Shown one piece after another: positions 56,191-64,000 of a DNA stretch of 64,000 nt. The stretch is from Spirochaetia bacterium (GTDB lineage Bacteria > Spirochaetota > Spirochaetia > WTKD01 > G963693115). The translations under genes and the position numbers were made by a program. The notes below the pieces were generated by a model, which was not told the DNA's origin, made no database searches, and saw only the letters and a program-made list of their open reading frames with translations. Numbering within the stretch: position 1 is the first letter of the stretch; every line of letters begins with the position of its first letter. The stretch is from assembly GCA_965226055.1 (NCBI GenBank), contig CBDDCA010000006.1, positions 258,251 to 322,250 on the forward strand, written 5' to 3'.

Positions 56191-59100
56191 GTGCTAGCAA
56201 TGACTACCCTCGTACTTGTAGGATGTGCAGAGAGTAGCAACAATTCCTCATCAGGCGGAGGGGGAAAACAGGTAACCCCGACACTCGCATCAGTGTCCAA
56301 TGTGCAGATACAAGCAGCAAGCAACGATGGGACGCTCTCGTTACGCTGGCAAGCTCCCAGCGAAGCCACGCATGTAGTAGTAAAAGCTACATCAACTGCG
56401 CCAGCACAATCTATACAGGTGCGTGTTCCTGCAATAGAATATCGTGCATTGTTTCAACAAAACAGACCCTACACCCTCAGAGGCTTGCATGCCACTACCG
56501 ATTATACAGTAGAGATAGAAGCACAAAAATCAGACTCAGAAGTATCACCAAAAACAACACGCTCTGTGACAACACTGATCGATGAAACTGCACCACAGGA
56601 CACTTTTACACGGGTAGCAGTAGAGAAAGCACAAAACGATAGTATAAAGCTAACATGGGACAAAGCACTGCTATCGTCAGGCAAGACAGACATAGCCGAA
56701 GCCACAATACAGGTGATAGAAAGAACTACTAATGTAAGGGCAGAAGTATCAGTACAAGATGTAACACAAGGAGAGGTGAGCATTGCTGTCCCCACTATAG
56801 ACGGCATAAGCTATGATATAGTAGTAGTATACAAAGATAGCAACGGTAACGAAAGCACAGCAAAGCAAGCACTCAGAGGCATAGTGCCATCAGCACTCTC
56901 ACAAACAGTAACGCCACTTTCCGCATCAGACCTTACAGTAACAGCAAACGATAAAAGCAATAGCCCAGCCGATGAAAGCCTGCTTATTATGTGGGATGAT
57001 AAAGATGACAGCTTTGACTTTTCAAACAAAAGCCTCCAAGTACGCGTTATAGCAACCGCAACAAATACAGTAGTAGCAGAGGAGACAATAGACAAAGATA
57101 CAAGTGCAACAAATGTCAGCGGAGCAAGTGCAGACAACCAAGAGTACGCCACTGTGTATGTAGCAAAAGATGGCATAGCACTCACAAAACTCTATGGCAC
57201 GCTTACCTACAAAGTAGAAGTGTATGTTTCTCAAAACGGAAAGTACTCCACTGCAGTGTCAAAAGAACAAGCAACAACAGACAAAAGCACAGAGCCTGTA
57301 AGCAATGTAAGTGCCGTAGGAGGAGCAACAAGCATAGTAGTAGGCTGGCAAGCCCCCGATGTACGAGATTATGCAGGAGTGACTATAACAGTAACAGAAA
57401 AGGACAGCACAACAGCAGCAAAGACAGTGACAATAACAGAGAGAACAGTACGCAACACACAGATAACAGACCTCAAAGCAACCACCGAGTATACAGTGGC
57501 AGTCGTATCAATGGACAGTGCAGGCAACAAAGGAACAGAAGCAACAGCCACAGTCAGCACATCAGCAGATAGCACCGCCCCCGATGCAGTAACAAGCATA
57601 CAAGCAAGCTATCCTTTTGTATCAGCAGCAAAGATAGGCACACAGATAACATGGACAGCACCCGATGCAGCAAAAGCAAAGAACAAAGACATAAAAGAAT
57701 ACAGCGTAAGCATAGCAGAAAAAGGCACAAGCACCACAGTACTGAGCGAGAAGAAAATACCCTATCCCACAAAGTCACTCTCTGTAGAAGAACTTGTGCA
57801 AGGCAAAACATATACCATAACAATACTCACGCTTGATTACTCAGAAAACAAAAGTAGCCAAGCCACAAAAGACATAACAACCCCCAACTCACTCACAGCT
57901 CCCTCAGAAGATCTCTTTCAAAGCAAGCCTACCCTTGACAAAACAGGAGCTATACAGATAAAAGCAACTTTTAAGAATGCTCCAAGCATAGGACGATACT
58001 ACACCTTGCGTATGAAAGAGGGAGCTACCTTAATAGCAGAAAAAAGCATAACAAACACAGCAATCACCATTAGCTTTGGGATAGCAGATGGCTTAGAAGT
58101 ACCTAAGAGCCAAGCAAATGCCAAGAATTATCGCTTTGATTTTCTGCAAATAGCAAATAACAGAGTAAGTCCAGTAACCGCACTGAGTGATGCAGTAGCA
58201 GTATACGATAGCACCTCGACAGCACCGCCCGCTCCCAAAGATGCAAAGCTCTCCGTAGAGTCAGTAACCCAAACAACTGCAAAAGCAGTCTATACATTTA
58301 GTGCAGGAGACATTACTGATACCAACAAAGCACCCAGCGGAAGCAAACTCACACAGGCACAAATACAATACAAAGTATACATAGCAGCAGGAGACCACAG
58401 CACAAAAACACTAGACGAAATAAAAGCCCTTGCAGGAGTACAAACAAGAGAGCTAGCAGGAAACAGCACTCCATTAAAAGCAACATTTATAGGAACGAAA
58501 GGAGCAGACTATACCGCAGGGGTAGAAGCAATAAACAGCCTCAATCCATCATATAGTACAGGAGCATCAGTAACAATAAAGAAAGCAACACTTACTGCTC
58601 CCCCAAGCACACCAAAAGTAACAACCTACACTAACAGTAATGCAGTGGTATTTGCAGTGCCTACCACAGGAAGTAACAGCGGGAAAAAAGTCATAACAGT
58701 ACAACTCAATGCCTCAGACATAGCAGGAGTGAGCAAGGCAAATGGCAATGCCCTTGAAGCGACAGACCTTGCCTACTATGTGCTATACCTCAAGAAAGAA
58801 GATAGCACAGGAAAGCCTGCCAGCGTATCAGCACTATGGGCAACAGAAAAGAGCAGTACAAGAGTGGCAAAATACACAAAAGCAACAGGAACAACTCAAG
58901 ACACAATATCCATAGCAATAGTAGACAGCACCAGTGGAAGCAATGCAGGAGCCACACCCATAGAAACAGCAAAAGACTACTACATAGGAGTAAGGATAGT
59001 CAACACAACATCCCCCAATTACGATGCAACAAATAGCGACAAGCTCTTTCCTGCAGGCTTTTACACCGATGTAACAGAAATAAAGGAAATCTATACTTCC

Positions 59101-60906
59101 AAAGCAGTAGCACCCAGCCAGTCATTACTCACAGGAAAGCTGGTAGTATCACAGTCAACAAATACTACAGGCACAATAAAGCTGGTACTTACCGAGCTAA
59201 ATACATTTACAGGAGCAAAAGACTACGATGGCACAAACATAACAGCAAATGACAAGCTAGTATACACAGTGTATGGCTTACAGAAAGACACCACTCCTAC
59301 AGTAGCAGAAGTACTTGCAGGCAGAAAAGTAAACCTAGGCAGTGCAAGTAGCGGAGTGTACACAGTACCAGCTCTTGCCAGTTTAGGCTTATCTTCAGAC
59401 ACAGCACCAGTAGTAGCAATAAAAGGAGCGACAAAGTATTACTTTGTGGTAGAGGTAGCAATAAAAACAGACCCTAGCAAGAAAGTAGCATCCTCAACAG
59501 TAGCAAGCGTAACAACCGCATCGCAGGCGACCGCCCCCGCAGAAGTAAGCAGTATACAGACAAGAGTAGCCCAGACAGGCATGAGAGTATCGTGGACAGC
59601 CCCCAGCCTCAGTGCAAGCCACAAAGCAAATACAGGCGATGCCCTAACAGTAGCACAAGTATCGTACAAGGTATACAAAGTAGCTAAGGGAGGCAGTGCA
59701 AAAAGTGTAGCAGCAATAAAACAAGCAGACTCAAGTCCTACAACAGTAGCAGCAGGAACAACAAACACTACCCTGACAGGATTGACAAACGGAACGACCT
59801 ACGAAATAGTAGTGCAAGCAGTAAACAGCACCGATGATACAAAAGCATCCACTGGACTACGCCACGAGTTTGAAGCAAGAGGAATAGCTATAGGAAACAC
59901 TAGCATAGTCTCAGCAGAAGTAGGCAAAACGCCAGCAATAAATATTACAAGAGTACTTACCAGTAACTCTGCCTTTACCTGTGATGCAAACATACTAGAG
60001 GCAGATGCAAAGAAGATAAAACAAGAAACAGGGCTAGCAGTATCGTTTGATCAGAGTAGCAAAACAGTTACTATAACAGGCATAGCAAATAAGTCTAATA
60101 TACGAGATACAGCCATTACTGAGTATAACTATGCTGTAGCACAGTGTACAATAACCGCTTCAAAGAAAAAAGTGCCAGCCACCATCGTGATACAGACAGA
60201 GCTAAGAACAGCACCATCAGGAAAAGCAGAAGCCTATTACAGACCAACAACAAAGGCACAGCTTCAAACTATTATCAGTGAAGAAAAGACAAGGCAAGGT
60301 TCAGGAGGAAACAGTAACCCTAGCCCCAACCTCAACATGATAGACACCAGTGCTATTACTGATATGAGCCAATTATTTCAGAATGATACTACTTTTAATG
60401 GAGATCTAACACAGTGGAATACCAGTAATGTAACGAGAATGAATGGTATGTTTACTGATGCAAGTGTTTTTAATCAAAATATAGGAGATTGGGATACAGG
60501 AGAAGTTATACATATAGGTAGTATGTTTTTTAGAGCAAGTGTTTTTAATCAAAATATAGGAAGCTGGAATATAAGTAAAGTTAAAAATATTGATAGTATG
60601 TTTGCTAGTGCCAGTGCTTTTAATCAAGACATAGGAAATTGGGACACAAGCAATGTTATTAATATGAGTACTACATTTTTGAGTGCAAGTGCCTTTAATC
60701 AAGACATAGGAAACTGGAATGTAAAGAATGTCGATTCTATAACTGGTATGTTTAACGGAGCTTCTACATTTGATCAAGATTTATCATCATGGATATTGTG
60801 TAAAGCAAGTCTCACTTTTTTGGAGTTCGAAAATTCGGCTATGGATGGAAAAACAGCAAAGTACCCGACAGTAAAGCGTCAAAGTGATCCAGCATGTACA
60901 TCGTAA
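56191..60906 (+). CDS. large surface lipoprotein with multiple FN3-like domains and a C-terminal DUF285/BspA LRR block; the 5' end is out of frame with its probable true start at 56099
   Basis: 1571-aa ORF as listed (GTG start). The lipobox is TLVLVGCAES. Numerous FN3-like units are present, for example VSNVSAVGGATSIVVGWQAPD...TEYTVAVVSMDSAGN. One unit at 59518..59877 is homologous to the 1791..4043 repeats. The C-terminus reads NLNMIDTSAITDMSQLF followed by six 23-aa DUF285 units. The upstream ATG 56099 with RBS aaaggag is separated from this frame by the G15 tract. Confidence 0.85.
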   Translation: MLAMTTLVLVGCAESSNNSSSGGGGKQVTPTLASVSNVQIQAASNDGTLSLRWQAPSEATHVVVKATSTAPAQSIQVRVPAIEYRALFQQNRPYTLRGLHATTDYTVEIEAQKSDSEVSPKTTRSVTTLIDETAPQDTFTRVAVEKAQNDSIKLTWDKALLSSGKTDIAEATIQVIERTTNVRAEVSVQDVTQGEVSIAVPTIDGISYDIVVVYKDSNGNESTAKQALRGIVPSALSQTVTPLSASDLTVTANDKSNSPADESLLIMWDDKDDSFDFSNKSLQVRVIATATNTVVAEETIDKDTSATNVSGASADNQEYATVYVAKDGIALTKLYGTLTYKVEVYVSQNGKYSTAVSKEQATTDKSTEPVSNVSAVGGATSIVVGWQAPDVRDYAGVTITVTEKDSTTAAKTVTITERTVRNTQITDLKATTEYTVAVVSMDSAGNKGTEATATVSTSADSTAPDAVTSIQASYPFVSAAKIGTQITWTAPDAAKAKNKDIKEYSVSIAEKGTSTTVLSEKKIPYPTKSLSVEELVQGKTYTITILTLDYSENKSSQATKDITTPNSLTAPSEDLFQSKPTLDKTGAIQIKATFKNAPSIGRYYTLRMKEGATLIAEKSITNTAITISFGIADGLEVPKSQANAKNYRFDFLQIANNRVSPVTALSDAVAVYDSTSTAPPAPKDAKLSVESVTQTTAKAVYTFSAGDITDTNKAPSGSKLTQAQIQYKVYIAAGDHSTKTLDEIKALAGVQTRELAGNSTPLKATFIGTKGADYTAGVEAINSLNPSYSTGASVTIKKATLTAPPSTPKVTTYTNSNAVVFAVPTTGSNSGKKVITVQLNASDIAGVSKANGNALEATDLAYYVLYLKKEDSTGKPASVSALWATEKSSTRVAKYTKATGTTQDTISIAIVDSTSGSNAGATPIETAKDYYIGVRIVNTTSPNYDATNSDKLFPAGFYTDVTEIKEIYTSKAVAPSQSLLTGKLVVSQSTNTTGTIKLVLTELNTFTGAKDYDGTNITANDKLVYTVYGLQKDTTPTVAEVLAGRKVNLGSASSGVYTVPALASLGLSSDTAPVVAIKGATKYYFVVEVAIKTDPSKKVASSTVASVTTASQATAPAEVSSIQTRVAQTGMRVSWTAPSLSASHKANTGDALTVAQVSYKVYKVAKGGSAKSVAAIKQADSSPTTVAAGTTNTTLTGLTNGTTYEIVVQAVNSTDDTKASTGLRHEFEARGIAIGNTSIVSAEVGKTPAINITRVLTSNSAFTCDANILEADAKKIKQETGLAVSFDQSSKTVTITGIANKSNIRDTAITEYNYAVAQCTITASKKKVPATIVIQTELRTAPSGKAEAYYRPTTKAQLQTIISEEKTRQGSGGNSNPSPNLNMIDTSAITDMSQLFQNDTTFNGDLTQWNTSNVTRMNGMFTDASVFNQNIGDWDTGEVIHIGSMFFRASVFNQNIGSWNISKVKNIDSMFASASAFNQDIGNWDTSNVINMSTTFLSASAFNQDIGNWNVKNVDSITGMFNGASTFDQDLSSWILCKASLTFLEFENSAMDGKTAKYPTVKRQSDPACTS

Positions 60907-60924
60907 CATAGAGAGAGATACATA

Positions 60925-60963
60925 CTTATGGCAAGAAAGGAAATACTCTTTTCTTGCCATAAG
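60925..60963 (+). terminator. candidate intrinsic terminator hairpin after the surface lipoprotein gene
   Basis: cttatggcaagaaa (60925-60938) pairs with tttcttgccataag (60950-60963) in a perfect 14-bp stem with an 11-nt loop, 19 nt after the stop. There is no strong U-run. Confidence 0.45.
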
Positions 60964-61084
60964 AGTATAAAATTCATAAAAACAAGCATCATCAATTTCT
61001 CCATACATGAAATTATAGACAATAATAAGGAATTATATGGTATACTAAAAAATATACACTGCAATTAGTTTATACCTATTATTT

Positions 61085-61657
61085 ATGCAACAGAAAGCAT
61101 CTGCCACAGACACACAAGAACTACAGGACATTATCTCAGCATTAGATAACGAACAATATAGAAATAGCTTTGGTCGTATAGTACGTAATCTTGAAGACAT
61201 TAAAACATACACAAAAAAACTATATCTCAAAAATATGCTACAGATAGCACTTTCACAAAACTATACATGCATAGATGAAGAAACATTTGCTCTTGCAGAA
61301 ACACAAGAACACGATACACTGTCTTTAGCAATACGTTCTGGATCAGAATGTGGTGGCGTATACTATGCCCTGTTTCTAAAAAGCAAAAACTATACTCTCC
61401 CTGCATATCTTACACTAAAATCTTTCTGTGATACGACTATTCCTCGTATTATTGGCTGTCATAGTCCCGAACAAATACCTTTCTTTTGGAATTACTTTAA
61501 TCCCGCCATTAACTTTCTGTTCTTCTCCGATAACAACACTCTCTCCCTTCTTCATACACAATCACGACAAAAAATAGTTACGCAGCACTGGAAACAGTTA
61601 CATCAGTTCTTACACACTATTACCGATGAAGTAAAGAAACATTTCACTCTATTGTAA
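61085..61657 (+). CDS. hypothetical protein
   Basis: 190-aa ORF in an otherwise empty interval. I recognise no motif. Confidence 0.45.
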   Translation: MQQKASATDTQELQDIISALDNEQYRNSFGRIVRNLEDIKTYTKKLYLKNMLQIALSQNYTCIDEETFALAETQEHDTLSLAIRSGSECGGVYYALFLKSKNYTLPAYLTLKSFCDTTIPRIIGCHSPEQIPFFWNYFNPAINFLFFSDNNTLSLLHTQSRQKIVTQHWKQLHQFLHTITDEVKKHFTLL

Positions 61658-61690
61658 GATTGTAAGCATAGCCTCTTATTATTCCTCATA

Positions 61691-62458
61691 TTAGTTATTA
61701 TTAAACTCACGAAAAGAATCTATTTCTTTTTGAGTATATAATTCAGACAGAGGAGATATTTCTTCAATTTCAATAAAAGGGACTTTATATTGTAATTGCT
61801 CACGCCATACTCTCATATCCTTTACTGTTTCAAAATCTATGGTACGAACAATCTTCATATGCTTTTTTTTATTTTGCTGTTCAAACTCCACCACTGCAAA
61901 TTTTCCGCCCCCTATATACTGTATTTCTTGTCCTTCCTGTATGTCTTCACAGGCTTGTACATATGCTATTGCCTCATCAAAACTCACATACTCATCGCTT
62001 GCTCCCTTGTTAAAGGCAGTCAATACTTCAGATATGGGCTTACCACTATCACTAGACACTAGCTGTAAAGAAGTATCAGGAGACACAACATGAGGCACAG
62101 CTCCCTTAGGATAACTACGCGACTGAGGCACAGAAACAGGATTATCTTTTTGATACATTGTTTCGCTTGATATATGAGTAGCTTTTATCTTTGTCATACG
62201 TAACCCTGTTTGTACACCAGCAAGAACAATAGTAGTTTCCTTATTATGAGATTGATTGCCGTGTGTACTTTTTGAATCTATCTTTTTATCTCCCTTTTTT
62301 GCTTTTTTTGTCAGCGACTGAGAAGACTGTTTGTTATATGCCGTAGCATTACTATGCTGTTGCTTTGTATCATCATGTTTAGCAACATGCTTGCCTACAC
62401 TTTTTTGGGTATTCTTCTTTTTTCCAAAAAAGCTATTGCGTATATGCTTTTTTTCCAT
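61691..62458 (-). CDS. hypothetical protein with a lysine-rich, low-complexity N-terminus
   Basis: 255-aa ORF divergent from polA. The N-terminal 80 aa or so are K/S/Q-rich. I recognise no motif in the C-terminal half. Confidence 0.5.
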   Translation of the reverse strand: MEKKHIRNSFFGKKKNTQKSVGKHVAKHDDTKQQHSNATAYNKQSSQSLTKKAKKGDKKIDSKSTHGNQSHNKETTIVLAGVQTGLRMTKIKATHISSETMYQKDNPVSVPQSRSYPKGAVPHVVSPDTSLQLVSSDSGKPISEVLTAFNKGASDEYVSFDEAIAYVQACEDIQEGQEIQYIGGGKFAVVEFEQQNKKKHMKIVRTIDFETVKDMRVWREQLQYKVPFIEIEEISPLSELYTQKEIDSFREFNNN

Positions 62459-62483
62459 GTATATAGTATAATTAAAATATACA

Positions 62484-64000
62484 ATGAGTACAACTCTATT
62501 TTTAGTTGATGGACATGGGCTTATTTTTCGTTCCTATTATGCTCATATTAAAAATCCATTACGAAATTCACAGGGACATAACACTTCAGCTATTTATGGT
62601 TTTTTTCAAAGCATAAAAAAAATCTTTACTGACTATGCTCCTTCAGATATCGTAATTGCATTGGATTCACATGAGGCAGAACTTGAACGTAAAAAAGTAT
62701 ATCCAAACTACAAAGCAAATCGACAAAAAACTCCCGAAGATCTTAAAACACAAATCGCTATTATCATAGACATCATTAAAGCTATGGAAATTCCTCATTT
62801 AAGCGTACTTGGACATGAAGCCGATGATATTATAGCTACCTTATCAAGAAAAAAGAGCAAAGACAACATAGCAAGTACCATAGTAAGCTCTGATAAAGAT
62901 CTCTTTCAATTACTTGGAGATAATGTTTCTATATTACGTCCTACAAGTAAAAGCAGCGATTGGATACCGATAACTCCAGCATGGATTCAAGAAAACTATA
63001 ATATTGAATATTCCCAAATTCATGACTATCTTGCTATTATTGGAGATAGTAGCGACAATATTCCGGGTGTTGCAGGATTAGGACCAAAAACAGCAGCAGC
63101 ATTATTACAAAATTACAAAAATCTCGATGAAATATTTGCTAACATTAGCAACTTAAAAGAAAGCTGGCGAAAAAAACTCGTGGATGCCAAAGAAATAGCA
63201 CAATTAAGCTATGCACTTATTGCCTTACACTATGATGTTCCTATCCCTGACAATTTTACTACCGCATATCCCGAATTATTATGGCATAAAGCTCATAGTA
63301 TTTTTGAAAATAATGATATATCCAGTTTTCCCACAAAAAACCCACACGGTAGCACTTCCACACAAAACACCACTACTGCTTCGCCTAACGATACCGAAAC
63401 ACATAGTTCCACAGCATCATGTTCCGTTAGCATTATTGAAAAAACTGAACAATTACAAGCAATAGTAAACACTGCGTTAGACAAAAACATCATAAGCATA
63501 TATCCTGTGTATACAGGACATACCCCACATACTACCCTTACTGGACTTGCTCTTGCTTGTAGTGAACATCAAGCCTACTATCTTCCTTTCTCTTCATCAA
63601 CAGGAGATAACGATACCAAGAAAGAGGAGCATGTTTCATATAACACATTGATGGAAGATAGCACATCAAGAAAAACATGTATAGACCTATTACAATCGTT
63701 ATTCAAAAGTAAGAAATGCGTACTTCTATTTCATGATGCAAAGCAAGCACTCAATATACTGTACAGAGAAGGCTTTGAAAAAGCACATAATTACTTTCAT
63801 CCAAAAAAGCACAGTTTTGCTATAGTAGATTGCATCATTGCAGCATGGCTTATTTCACCCGAAAATAATCAGTACGATATAGCATCATTATGTAACAAAT
63901 ACCTCCCTCAGCATCCTCTTACGAACTCTATACATACACTGTCTTTTCTGACAGACAATACAGACGCTTCATCACTCGTACATAGTGCTGGCATTCATAG
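62484..64000 (+). CDS. polA: DNA polymerase I; the N-terminal 5'-3' exonuclease domain and the start of the 3'-5' exo-like domain are present, and the gene runs off the right edge
   Basis: My own translation from the ATG at 62484 gives MSTTLFLVDGHGLIFRSYYA...YKANRQKTPEDL...GHEADDIIATL...AIIGDSSDNIPGVAGLGPKTAAALL, the classic Pol I 5' nuclease motifs. The frame is open to position 64000. Confidence 0.93.
   Translation, partial: MSTTLFLVDGHGLIFRSYYAHIKNPLRNSQGHNTSAIYGFFQSIKKIFTDYAPSDIVIALDSHEAELERKKVYPNYKANRQKTPEDLKTQIAIIIDIIKAMEIPHLSVLGHEADDIIATLSRKKSKDNIASTIVSSDKDLFQLLGDNVSILRPTSKSSDWIPITPAWIQENYNIEYSQIHDYLAIIGDSSDNIPGVAGLGPKTAAALLQNYKNLDEIFANISNLKESWRKKLVDAKEIAQLSYALIALHYDVPIPDNFTTAYPELLWHKAHSIFENNDISSFPTKNPHGSTSTQNTTTASPNDTETHSSTASCSVSIIEKTEQLQAIVNTALDKNIISIYPVYTGHTPHTTLTGLALACSEHQAYYLPFSSSTGDNDTKKEEHVSYNTLMEDSTSRKTCIDLLQSLFKSKKCVLLFHDAKQALNILYREGFEKAHNYFHPKKHSFAIVDCIIAAWLISPENNQYDIASLCNKYLPQHPLTNSIHTLSFLTDNTDASSLVHSAGIH

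Noticed and set aside
56097-56369. A 90-aa minus-strand ORF spans the G15 tract and contains PPPPP.
   Set aside because: It is an artefact of the homopolymer and is antisense to the 5' end of the surface lipoprotein gene. It has no RBS.
60787-61230. Three minus-strand ORFs of 61-73 aa lie in or near the intergenic region after the surface lipoprotein gene.
   Set aside because: They are short and mutually overlapping. They partly overlap the 3' end of the 1571-aa gene and the candidate terminator hairpin, and there is no supporting signal.
1-64000. I searched by eye for tRNA, rRNA, tmRNA or riboswitch-like structured RNAs in the intergenic regions.
   Set aside because: I saw no cloverleaf-compatible GC-rich segments or conserved rRNA motifs. 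The intergenic regions are short and AT-rich. This is a visual screen only, so tRNAscan or Infernal should be run.

Overview
The window is AT-rich bacterial chromosome, about 35-40% G+C by hand sampling, and most genes lie on the minus strand. The organism is tentatively a Treponema-like spirochaete. That guess rests on three things: a FabV/Ter enoyl reductase that, from memory, closely resembles the Treponema denticola enzyme; many BspA/DUF285-type surface lipoproteins; and poly-G tracts. It needs a database search to confirm.

Housekeeping content:
- thrS (partial)
- an rbs-like sugar ABC operon
- secB
- a GH4 glycosidase with a sugar ABC operon
- pgi
- a complete pstSCAB-phoU-phoB/R-like operon
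- a fused E1 alpha/beta 2-oxoacid dehydrogenase with a truncated E2-like gene
- a GldA/F/G-type ABC cluster
- rnz, fabV and polA (partial)

Accessory content:
1. Three DUF285/BspA leucine-rich-repeat lipoprotein genes, including a 2822-aa, 11-module giant and a 1571-aa FN3+DUF285 protein.
2. A lipoprotein built from six near-identical 360-bp FN3 repeats, flanked by IS1595 remnants.
3. A Bdr-like protein with 13 copies of an 11-aa repeat.
4. One intact IS30-family element plus four solo copies of its left inverted repeat, each at a junction of accessory DNA.
5. A type II R-M pair translationally coupled to pgi, next to a duplicated two-gene cassette of unknown function.
6. A low-G+C two-gene island (ParB-N-domain protein plus Dam-type methylase) that looks like an undescribed R-M-like or defence module.
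7. Three long G/C homopolymer tracts (13, 14 and 15 nt) inside two duplicated glycosyltransferase genes and in the 5' end of the 1571-aa surface lipoprotein gene. These predict slipped-strand phase variation.

I found no rRNA, tRNA or CRISPR array by eye.
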